From Candidatus Saccharimonadota bacterium (GTDB taxonomy: Bacteria > Patescibacteriota > Patescibacteriia > 2-12-FULL-60-25), in contig CP060222.1 in assembly GCA_023898425.1 (NCBI GenBank), positions 270,001 to 302,000 of the forward strand: 32,000 bases of DNA, written 5' to 3'. Shown here one piece after another: positions 16,381 to 24,379 of the stretch. Position 1 is the first letter of the stretch, and each line of letters starts with the position of its first letter. The notes under the pieces are model-generated. The model was not told where the DNA came from. It saw only the letters and a list, made by a program, of their open reading frames with translations, and ran no database searches. Position numbers and translations under genes: made by a program.

Positions 16381-17961
16381 ATGTCTTCTATGTCAGGATC
16401 AACGGAGCGCGGTGGTAATGCGCCAGAACAATTGCCAGCACCAGCGTTTGAGAGTGCAGAGGAAAAACAAATTCAAACTGCAGAAAGTTCGTTTAAAGCT
16501 ACAGGAACTACTTTGAATGAGTTGCAAGGTATTGATTCGGCAGATCTTCCACCTGACGCAGCCGCAGAATTAAGTAAATTGCAGGCTGAAGCACAGGGCG
16601 CTATGGCTGCGTATGAGGCTAAGCTTGCCGAGGTAAAGGCTGCTCAAGCTAAGTTAGTTGAGCAGACAACGCCAGCAGAATCGCAAGCCGAGAAGTCGGT
16701 TGATACTACTTCCTCCGAAACTCCTAAAGCAGAAGCTGTTTCTGTAGAGGGATCTACAGAAGCTCCAGTTGATTCAGTTATAGCCGAGGAGTCGCCAGCA
16801 ATAGCTCCTGAGGCCGCGGTAGAACAAAGTCCAAATCAGCCGGCGGTGAATAAAGCTCTCGATACTTTTGGAGAACGGTTTACTGATGAGTCTCTTAAAT
16901 CTGTAGCAGGAGATGAAAACGTCTCTGCAAAATTTGGTGCATTTATTGAATCGCTAAAAACATTGCCAGATGCTTCTCTCGTTGGTTTGCTTAAAGGCGC
17001 TGATAGCAACTTAGAATATACGCAAGAAGATGTGACTGCGCTAAGATCGAGTATGATCAAGGCAGCAGAGGCTGGGCGCAGTCGTCTTGAAGCGATACAG
17101 AATCCACCTGAGGTTAGTGAGGATGTGGCAACAGAAGAAGTTGAGTCCATAGAGACACCAGTAGAGACTAATGCCTCAGAAGATGATAAGGCTTTAGAAG
17201 AAGCAAAAACAGTAAAACTAAATATTGAATTAGTTCAACTGAGCAGTGCTTATAATAGAACTACTAAAGGCGAATATACCACCGAAGCCGATAATGAAAA
17301 ATTCTTGAAAATCATAAAAGAAAGTTCTCCAGAGGCAAAAGCAGTCTTTATCGCTGAGAAAACATCCGATACTGCATTAGACGATGTACTTAATCAGTTT
17401 TTCGATAAAGACGGAAACCCATTTCCTCAAAAAAGTGGTCTTGATCAACTCAATAAAACACGACAGTTAATAGGCGCGGAACCGCTCACGGAAGAGGATT
17501 TCGCTCAGGCCAAGCGTGATGCTGTGATGTCTCGTATTGAAAATTTCATGGATTCGAGTGAATCAATGTATGATAGGAGATTGCAGCAAGTGGGTACTTT
17601 GGGTTTTTCGGAAGAGCAAAAAGAAGAAGTCGTTAATAAAATGAAAACAAAAGCTCTAGAGATGATAAACTTCGATCTAATTAACCAATTAGAAAGATTT
17701 GGTCGTCAATTATACGATTATAAGTATTCGCCTGTACCAAGAAAGGATTTGATTGACTCGTCTACAAGGAATTTGAAGAAATATTTTTCAGATAAATTGG
17801 CTTTTGCATCTAAGTTAGATGGTTCAGGAGCTGGGCTTCAAGAAACATTTAACAATTGGGCTAACGGTAGTGATCTCCAAGAAATGTACAAAAATGATAC
17901 AGAGACGATTGCCAGAGTTCAGAAATTCAGGAAGCAGGTTATTGATGCTATTACTAATTAA
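16381..17961 (+). CDS. hypothetical acidic protein (526 aa) with an A/E/S/P-rich disordered N-terminal half
   Basis: ORF track. TATAAT at 16363-16368, 12 nt upstream. No signal peptide or TM helix visible. No domain I recognise. Confidence 0.65.
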   Translation: MSSMSGSTERGGNAPEQLPAPAFESAEEKQIQTAESSFKATGTTLNELQGIDSADLPPDAAAELSKLQAEAQGAMAAYEAKLAEVKAAQAKLVEQTTPAESQAEKSVDTTSSETPKAEAVSVEGSTEAPVDSVIAEESPAIAPEAAVEQSPNQPAVNKALDTFGERFTDESLKSVAGDENVSAKFGAFIESLKTLPDASLVGLLKGADSNLEYTQEDVTALRSSMIKAAEAGRSRLEAIQNPPEVSEDVATEEVESIETPVETNASEDDKALEEAKTVKLNIELVQLSSAYNRTTKGEYTTEADNEKFLKIIKESSPEAKAVFIAEKTSDTALDDVLNQFFDKDGNPFPQKSGLDQLNKTRQLIGAEPLTEEDFAQAKRDAVMSRIENFMDSSESMYDRRLQQVGTLGFSEEQKEEVVNKMKTKALEMINFDLINQLERFGRQLYDYKYSPVPRKDLIDSSTRNLKKYFSDKLAFASKLDGSGAGLQETFNNWANGSDLQEMYKNDTETIARVQKFRKQVIDAITN

Positions 17962-17964
17962 AAT

Positions 17965-17992
17965 CCCCACCTCTCGGACGAAAGAGGTGGGG
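17965..17992. terminator. GC-rich 10-bp hairpin between convergent transcription units
   Basis: CCCCACCTCT-CGGACGAA-AGAGGTGGGG. On the minus strand it is followed by ATTTTAATT. A second 12-bp hairpin lies at 17999-18032. Confidence 0.6.
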
Positions 17993-18036
17993 CGGAGAGT
18001 GTGTGTCGAGATGGAACGGCTAGACGCACACGAGAT

Positions 18037-18228
18037 TCAGAGGAGACAGATGGCAGGCGCTTGACCCGCTCGCTTCATCTCCGACTTGCTGTAGAACAGA
18101 GAGCGCCCGTAGCCCCGAGCGTAGTCTCTGTTGAGGGTGTCCTGCATCGGCAGGCCGTTTGCGGCATCACGCACTCCTTGATCGAAGGAATTACTGATAC
18201 CTTGAGAAAAATGGACTCGTTCGTCCAT
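18037..18228 (-). CDS. orphan small protein (63 aa) inside a GC-rich islet
   Basis: ORF track. GAAAGG 6 nt upstream of the ATG. Two hairpins lie downstream. Local GC is about 56% against a mid-40s background. No homology I recognise. Confidence 0.35.
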   Translation of the reverse strand: MDERVHFSQGISNSFDQGVRDAANGLPMQDTLNRDYARGYGRSLFYSKSEMKRAGQAPAICLL

Positions 18229-18329
18229 AGCTGCCTTTCTGCTCCGATCAGTTGGTCACGGAACTGCCGAGAATATAGCAAAATCTTCAGATATTGTCAA
18301 TATAATACAAATCCGCTAGGCTCCGGCTC

Positions 18330-18787
18330 ATGCGAGAACTCCATCTTATCGCTCACGATATTCGATCCTGCGAAAATATCGGTGCCCTGTTTAGAACAGC
18401 GGATGCGCTTGGTGTTCACAAGATTTGGCTTACTGGCTATACGCCGGCACCGCCTGATCCAAAAATTCAAAGACGGCATTAGGCGCAGAGAATGCCGTTG
18501 CCTTCGAAAAGCACGAAGATATTGAGCTCGTACTAAAGCAGCTCGAGAACGAAGGTTTTACCTTGGTGGGATTAGAGCTTGGTGCAGAATCGGTAGACAT
18601 ACGTTCGTATGCACCACCAGACAAAATCGCGCTTTTACTCGGGACAGAAACAACGGGTATTCCGCCGTCTTTGATTGAACGTTGTGATCATCTCATTCAG
18701 ATTCCAATGCATGGCGTTAAAGAATCCATGAATGTAACCATAGCGGCAGCCATCGCTAGTTATGCTATTCTTAATCACAACGTATGA
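18330..18787 (+). pseudogene. SpoU/TrmH-family RNA 2'-O-methyltransferase, split by a -1 frameshift
   Basis: Frame 0 from the ATG at 18330 gives MRELHLIAHDIRSCENIGALFRTADALGVHKIWLTGYTPAPPDPKIQ, then a TAG at 18480. The -1 frame continues KTALGAENAVAFE...LLLGTETTGIPPSLIERCDHLIQIPMHGVKESMNVTIAAAIASYAIL (SPOUT motifs 2 and 3). Adding one A to the A3 run at 18469-18471 restores a single ORF. Confidence 0.8.
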
Positions 18788-19507
18788 AATTAAGCATCGT
18801 AATCCCTGTCAAAAATGAGGAGCAAAATTACCAGAGCAGCTTATTTCGTTAAAACAACAAACGATCTTTTCAGATTGCGAATGTATTGTTGCAGATGCGT
18901 TTTCGACGGACCGTACACGCGAGATAGCGCTTTCTTTAGGTGCGCGCGTGGTTGATGGTGGTATGCCTGGTCCGGGACGCAATCGTGGTGCTGCCGTGGC
19001 AACGGGTGAATGGATCTTATTTATGGACGCTGATGCACGACCTTCGTCAGATGAATGGTTGGAGGACTGTCTTCGTGAATTAGAACAACAACAACTTGAT
19101 ATAGCAACATGCGATTTAAAACCACGTTCTCATACGTTGATGAATCGTGTGTATCATCATGTCTATAAATTTTTTACGCGCGCAACGGCACCTTTTGTTC
19201 CTCATGCTCCGGGGAGTTGTATTTTTGTGAAACGTGAGGCTTTTGAAGTAAGTAAAGGCTTTGATGAGACGGTGATCTTTGCGGAAGATATGGAATTTGT
19301 GCAGCGTCTCGCCAAGCACGGCTATTGTTTTGGAGTGCTTGATGCAGGCCCTGTTCTCGTATCGGTTCGTCGTTTAGAAAAAGATGGTCATTGGACCACG
19401 GCTTATCGCTATGTGATAACAGAGCTCTACATGCGATGTAAAGGACCTGTGCGCAAGCCATTGTTTGATTATAAATTCTCGCATTTTTGGATACGAAGAA
19501 AAAATAG
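18784..19507 (+). pseudogene. family 2 glycosyltransferase (GT2), broken by two -1 frameshifts
   Basis: The ATG at 18784 overlaps the SpoU stop (ATGA). MKLSIVIPVKNEEQN runs to a premature TAA at 18850. The -1 frame continues LPEQLISLKQQT...DADARPS...FAEDMEF (GT-A DxD and ED motifs; this is ORF 18948..19739 in the track). The natural end appears to be in the next -1 frame (FLDTKKK-TAG at 19505-19507), just before the Rieske ATG. Confidence 0.75.
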
Positions 19508-19509
19508 CT

Positions 19510-19846
19510 ATGTCACGACTTATCCCGCTCGGCGCGCTGAGCTCATGGAAACAGGGAGAAACAAAAACACTGTCGCTTTATCCTGGTGCAAAGGGATTGC
19601 TATTCGTAAAGGTGATCAGATTTTGCGTATCGAAATACGTGTACGCATATGGGTGGACCATTGCAATCATGTGGTGATGATCGTTTTCGCTGTGAGTGGC
19701 ATTTTGCTGAGTTTAATGCACTTACGGGTGAGGCATTAGTAGGGCAAGCGCCTCCAGGGAGCTTTCTCGCTAAGGTAGAAACGGTTTTAAAGGATGATGG
19801 AATTGTGTATGCAAAGGTAGATCTACCGATTGATCCATTTGCCTGA
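19510..19846 (+). pseudogene. Rieske [2Fe-2S] domain protein (about 112 aa), frameshifted
   Basis: The start MSRLIPLGALSSWKQGETKTLSL...LLFVK is in one frame. The cluster ligands CTHMGGPL...RFRCEWHFAEF (CxH...CxxH) are in another frame, which matches track ORF 19649..19846. The junction is at about 19611-19624. Confidence 0.7.
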
Positions 19847-19858
19847 TAGAATGCCGCT

Positions 19859-21483
19859 ATGATCCAGTGGATAAAGAAATTGTGGAACAAAGAATCGGGT
19901 GGACTTACGGCAGCGGCTATTATTATTGGTGTTTCGTCAGCTGGCTCACGTATCTTGGGTGTTGTTCGTGATCGTGTGCTTGCCTCGACGTTTGGTGCGG
20001 GGTATGACCTCGACGTCTATTATGCTGCTTTTCGATTGCCGGATACGGTTTATACCTTGCTCATCATTGGTGCATTATCTGCGGGTTTTATCCCGGTCTT
20101 TTCTGAGACGATAGAAAAAAATGGCAAAGAGCAGGCAAAGAAACTTGTTTCGCAACTACTCGTTATTGTTGGTGTGCTTTTGTTGATAGCGGCGGTGGGT
20201 ATTTATTTTAGTGCTCCTTTTGTTCTGCCGCTCGTGTTTCCTGCCTTTAAGGGTGAGCAGATGTTACGATTGATCTTTTTAACGAGAGTCATGGCATTGT
20301 CACCGTTCTTGCTTGGATTATCCTCGGTTGCGGGTGGTGTACTTCAGGTAACAAAACGCTATATCGCTTTTGCACTAGCGCCGATGCTTTACAATGTGGG
20401 GATTATTGTAGCGGCGGTATTTTTTGGCAATCGTTTTGGTATTCAGGCGGTGGCTTGGGGAGTAATCGCTGGTGCACTTGCTCATGCGATTATTCAGCTA
20501 GGTACCATTTACTCGATGGGTTTTGTTGGGATCGAGCGCTTTCGTGGGCATGCTATAGGGCTAAAGCAGATTTTGCGTTTGATGGGTCCGCGTATTTTGG
20601 GTCTTGGTGTTTCGCAATTTAGTCTAACGGCGCTCCTTTCGCTCGCGGCATTTACGGGAACAGGTTCGGTGAGTGCTTTGCAATTTGCGACAAACTTACA
20701 AAGCTTTCCTCTGGGTGTTTTTGGATTGTCATTGGCGATGGCAGCATTCCCGTTGCTTTCAAAATCTTATGCAAAAGAAGATTTTCAGCAATTTCGTCAA
20801 ACCTTTTCATCAGCTACACGACAAATCTTTTTACTTATTGCCGTCAACTGGCCATCTTCTTTTTTCTACGCGCTCAAATTGTGCGTCTCATTTTAGGACA
20901 GGGGAGATTTGATTGGACGGATACTATTCTTACAGCAGATATTCTTGGTTATCTTGCTTTTGCATTGGTCGCTCAAGCACTCATTCCGTTATTTACGAGA
21001 GCGTTTTACTCGATGCAAAATACCTGGTTACCATTTTTCGTGAGTCTTTTTGGAGAGCTCTTTATCGTTTTAACCGCCTGGTCTTTTAGAGACTCTCTCG
21101 GCGTGACGGGTATCGCGATAGCTATCGCTGTAGGTTCGTGGTTACAACTTGCCATCCATGCGTTTCTTTTGCGACGCACCTTTGGTCATTATGCAAAGGG
21201 TGATTCATTTGTGTCAGCTTATAAAACGACAGTGGCAACCATCGCATTTTGTGTTGCAGGGTTTCCGGTACGTGAGTATTTAGGTACGGTCTTTCCTTTG
21301 CGTACGGTTTGGCAGCTCGCATTACAAGCGGGAGGGACCCTACTCGCCGGTGGATTAGCCTTTTTGATTGTTGCAAGCCTTGTTAAATCAGAAGAGCTTG
21401 CTGGACTTATCGAAACCATCAAACGCAGGCTTTGGAAACGTGTCACAACCAAGAACCTTGACGAAGAAGGTATTTTGTTATAA
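19859..21483 (+). pseudogene. murJ: lipid II flippase MurJ (MviN family), split by a -1 frameshift
   Basis: ORF 19859..20896 (LGVVRDRVLASTFGAG...YYAAFRLPD...) and ORF 20881..21483 (RLILGQGRFDWTDT...FYSMQNTWLPF...) are the N- and C-terminal parts of one MurJ. Adding one T to the T6 run at 20860-20865 fuses them. Confidence 0.85.
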
Positions 21484-21519
21484 AAGTAAGCACCCTTTTA
21501 CATCTTTCGGAGGTGACTC

Positions 21520-21969
21520 ATGGATAAGCGTATCTGGCTAAAACAGCATGAATGGGAGCCTTTTAGTGATAAAGACGGCAAAGCAAGACGTATCTGCAAA
21601 GCGTGCAGAGTTGTAGATCGTATCGTTGGTGTGAGAGGCATCGTTACCTGGCCTTGCGTGCAGATAAGCGAGGCTTGGACGTATGAGGATTTCGTCAACA
21701 TTCTCCACCTTTGCCAAGTAAATGAGCGTTATATTTCGCTCATTAAGCTTTACCCAAAGAGCTCGTCTGGAAAAACAGATGCGGGTCCCTACCGTGTAGG
21801 TATTCAAATCCCAAGCAAATATGGCCTCGAGCTTTATCCTTCGCTTGAACCTTCGCTTAGCAAAGGTATAGCTTTTAATCGGTTTTTTCATTGGCTTGTC
21901 TCTATTGAATTCAATCTACAAAAAGACCCTGAATTTAATGAGCTCTTGCGCCAAAAGGCTTATCGATGA
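21520..21969 (+). CDS. hypothetical protein (149 aa)
   Basis: ORF track. Strong Shine-Dalgarno sequence GGAGGTG 5 nt upstream of the ATG. No recognisable domain. Confidence 0.55.
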   Translation: MDKRIWLKQHEWEPFSDKDGKARRICKACRVVDRIVGVRGIVTWPCVQISEAWTYEDFVNILHLCQVNERYISLIKLYPKSSSGKTDAGPYRVGIQIPSKYGLELYPSLEPSLSKGIAFNRFFHWLVSIEFNLQKDPEFNELLRQKAYR

Positions 21970-21989
21970 AAAAACATCAGCATCTTATG

Positions 21990-22018
21990 AAACGTCTGCC
22001 CTCGTGTGGACGTTTTTT
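21990..22018 (+). terminator. probable rho-independent terminator
   Basis: AAACGTC, 12-nt loop, GACGTTT, followed by further T residues. Confidence 0.5.
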
Positions 22019-22044
22019 GCTTTATCACGTAGGATCCGCATCAA

Positions 22045-23844
22045 ATGGAACAGTCTAGAATTCGCAATTTTTGTATTATTGCGCATATTGATCACGGCAA
22101 GTCGACCCTCTCGGATCGACTCCTTGAGGTTACCGGTACCATCGAAAAACGTAAGATGAAGGACCAGGCTCTTGATACCATGGATATTGAGCGAGAACGC
22201 GGTATCACCATCAAATTACAGCCGGCGCGCATGCGTTATACAGCAAAAGACGGTGTTGAATATGAGCTCAATCTTATTGATACTCCAGGTCACGTAGATT
22301 TTACTTATGAAGTTTCTCGCTCACTTGCGGCTGTTGAAGGCGCGATTCTTCTTGTTGATGCAACACAGGGCGTGCAAGCACAAACTATTGCGAATCTTTA
22401 TCTCGCTCTCGAGCAAGATCTCGTGATTATTCCTGTGCTCAACAAAATTGATTTACCAAATGCTGATGTTGAGAAACGTTCTAATGAGCTCATGCAACTT
22501 ATTGGTTGCAAGCGTGAAGAAATTCTTACCGCTTCGGGCAAAACAGGCGAAGGCGTCCCAACCATTCTCGAAGAAGTGATTAGACAGGTTCCGTCACCAA
22601 AAGGAGATCGTGACAAGCCTTTTCGTGCCGTGATCTTTGATTCTAAATACGACGACTATCAAGGTGTCGTTGCTTTTGTACGTTGCGTTGATGGAGTACT
22701 CAAGAAAACAGACAAGGTACATTTTATCGCCACTGACGGTGATGGCGAAGCGCTTGAACTTGGTTATATGAAGCCCGAAAAAACCATCTCTGGCATCATG
22801 GAGGCGGGGGATATCGGCTATCTTGTTACAGGTCTTAAAGAGATCGGCTATGTGCGTGTTGGTGATACGATCACTACTCCAAAATCTGGCGCCGAACCAT
22901 TGCCTGGGTATAAAGAAGTCCATCCAATGGTGTACGCGGGTATCTTTCCAGAAGAAGGTAATGAATATGAGCGTTTGCGTGATGCGATGTTAAAGCTCAA
23001 GCTCAATGATGCAGCGCTAGTCTTTGAACCAGAACATTCAAAAGCGCTTGGCTTTGGTTTTCGTGCGGGTATGCTTGGAATGTTGCATCTCGAGATTGTG
23101 CAAGAGCGCTTGTCACGTGAGTTTAATATGGATGTTGTGATCACCACGCCATCGGTAGGTTACGAGGTTACAAGAACAGACGGAACAGAAATCCTCGTAA
23201 AATCGCCAGCAGAATTTTTAGACCGTTCTCGTATTGCAGAAACGCGTGAACCTTGGGTCAAAGTCGATATTCTTTGTCCAAAAGACTATATCGGCAATGT
23301 GATGTCGCTTGTTCAAGATCGACGCGGTATTTATATGAATACCCAATATCTCGATGTGACTCGCGCTTTGCTTTCCTATGAAATGCCTCTTGCTTCGGTG
23401 ATTGTAGATTTTCACGACAAGCTTAAAGGCGTTACAGCGGGCTACGCTTCAATGAACTATGAGTTCAAAGAATATCGCCCTTCAGAAATTGTTCGTCTTG
23501 ATATTCATGTTGCTGAAGAACCGTCAGAAGCACTCGCGACACTTCTTCACGAGAGTGAAGCCTATCGTCGAGGCAAAGAAATTGTTGAAGTATTAAAAGA
23601 AGAATTACCACGTGCGCAATTTGCGATTAAACTTCAAGCCTGCATTGGCGCAAAGATTATTGCCTCAGAACGCATCGCGCCTTATCGTAAAGATGTGACG
23701 GGATATTTATATGGCGGTGACGTTACACGTAAAATGAAATTGCTTGAAAAACAAAAGAAGGGTAAAAAGCGCATGCTTGAACATAGTAAAGGCTCGGTAG
23801 AGATTCCGCCGGATACCTTTATCAAAGTGTTACGTAGAGGGTAA
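22045..23844 (+). CDS. lepA: translation elongation factor 4 (LepA)
   Basis: IRNFCIIAHIDHGKSTL, DTPGHVDF, NKIDL, plus the LepA-specific C-terminal domain (...YGGDVTRKMKLLEKQKKGKKRM...). Confidence 0.95.
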   Translation: MEQSRIRNFCIIAHIDHGKSTLSDRLLEVTGTIEKRKMKDQALDTMDIERERGITIKLQPARMRYTAKDGVEYELNLIDTPGHVDFTYEVSRSLAAVEGAILLVDATQGVQAQTIANLYLALEQDLVIIPVLNKIDLPNADVEKRSNELMQLIGCKREEILTASGKTGEGVPTILEEVIRQVPSPKGDRDKPFRAVIFDSKYDDYQGVVAFVRCVDGVLKKTDKVHFIATDGDGEALELGYMKPEKTISGIMEAGDIGYLVTGLKEIGYVRVGDTITTPKSGAEPLPGYKEVHPMVYAGIFPEEGNEYERLRDAMLKLKLNDAALVFEPEHSKALGFGFRAGMLGMLHLEIVQERLSREFNMDVVITTPSVGYEVTRTDGTEILVKSPAEFLDRSRIAETREPWVKVDILCPKDYIGNVMSLVQDRRGIYMNTQYLDVTRALLSYEMPLASVIVDFHDKLKGVTAGYASMNYEFKEYRPSEIVRLDIHVAEEPSEALATLLHESEAYRRGKEIVEVLKEELPRAQFAIKLQACIGAKIIASERIAPYRKDVTGYLYGGDVTRKMKLLEKQKKGKKRMLEHSKGSVEIPPDTFIKVLRRG

Positions 23845-23860
23845 AATAGTTTTATACACA

Positions 23861-23977
23861 ATGCCTATGAATACAAAAAATCTTCAAAACCGTCGCCGCC
23901 TCGCTATGAAAATCTTTGCAGGCTTTGTTGCCTTTATTACCGTTCTCATGATGGTGGCTCCGTTTACGATGTTTTAA
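23861..23977 (+). CDS. possible small membrane protein (38 aa)
   Basis: MPMNTKNLQNRRRLAMKIFAGFVAFITVLMMVAPFTMF: a basic N-terminus plus one hydrophobic helix. Starts 16 nt after lepA and is followed by a terminator at about 24003-24026. It falls below the track cut-off. Confidence 0.4.
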   Translation: MPMNTKNLQNRRRLAMKIFAGFVAFITVLMMVAPFTMF

Positions 23978-24002
23978 TCGATTGACGTTTTCTCCAAAAA
24001 GT

Positions 24003-24026
24003 GGCACTTTAGAAGTGCTGTTTTTT
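24003..24026 (+). terminator. rho-independent terminator
   Basis: GCACTT-TAG-AAGTGC followed by TGTTTTTT. Confidence 0.55.
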
Positions 24027-24052
24027 GTCTCAAAAAAACAAAGGAGGTAAAA

Positions 24053-24094
24053 ATGATCAGTGAAATTGGTTCTGGAGAAGTGAAGGAGATGTAA
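24053..24094 (+). CDS. 13-codon mini-ORF with a near-perfect Shine-Dalgarno sequence (possible leader peptide)
   Basis: AAAGGAGGT, 5-nt spacer, then ATG. Encodes MISEIGSGEVKEM and stops at TAA 24092-24094. Confidence 0.3.
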   Translation: MISEIGSGEVKEM

Positions 24095-24115
24095 GTCTTA
24101 TGGAAGACCGTTAAC

Positions 24116-24271
24116 ATGGGTATCCATCAAGAGCCACAGCCATCTGAAGAGCTGAGCCTACGAGCCCAGCTTGCCCAGAGCGCTGCCGGTGCTGCGCTTG
24201 CGCAGTACAACGAAGACCTTCGCGAGCTCAACAGGCTTGCCGAAGGAGCTGACGAAGATGAAGAAGACTAG
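24116..24271 (+). CDS. orphan small acidic protein (51 aa) in a GC-rich islet
   Basis: MGIHQEPQPSEELSLRAQLAQSAAGAALAQYNEDLRELNRLAEGADEDEED. About 59% GC over 24121-24300. Followed by the hairpin CCCCGCCA-TT-TGGTGGGG (24303-24320) plus a T-rich tract. It falls below the track cut-off. Confidence 0.35.
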   Translation: MGIHQEPQPSEELSLRAQLAQSAAGAALAQYNEDLRELNRLAEGADEDEED

Positions 24272-24379
24272 CGGATGCCATTGGCGTCCCGACCTACTGC
24301 AACCCCGCCATTTGGTGGGGTATTTGCGTATTTGGGGCATTTATCTGTATAGTCGGTTTTGTCTTGAACATTGGAGGGT

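Noticed and set aside
18001-18525. 174-aa plus-strand ORF spanning the GC-rich islet and the start of the SpoU gene.
   Set aside because: It is Arg/Cys-rich. It reads the SpoU gene out of frame (the conserved MRELHLIAHDIRSCENIGALFRTADA frame is a different one). It is antisense to the better-supported 63-aa ORF.
19490-19739. C-terminal 80 aa of track ORF 18948..19739 (WIRRKNSYVTTYPARRAELMET...).
   Set aside because: This is read-through of the GT2 frame across the Rieske gene, caused by the frameshift at the T5 run (19484-19488). The sequence is not GT2-like and overlaps the conserved Rieske frames.
15393-20900. Programmed ribosomal frameshifting as the explanation for the split genes.
   Set aside because: The sites need different shift directions. 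None has a slippery heptamer in the correct register with a downstream stimulatory structure. These families (RlmD-like, SpoU, GT2, Rieske, MurJ) are not known to use recoding. Homopolymer length error or mutation fits all the sites.
17993-24330. A structured housekeeping RNA (RNase P RNA, tmRNA, SRP/4.5S RNA) in the two GC-rich islets.
   Set aside because: By eye, on either strand, I could not find GAGGAAAGUCC/ACAGAA-type P4 strands, a tRNA-like tmRNA 3' end, or the GGAAGCAGCC-type SRP domain IV motif. An unknown ncRNA cannot be excluded without a covariance-model search.
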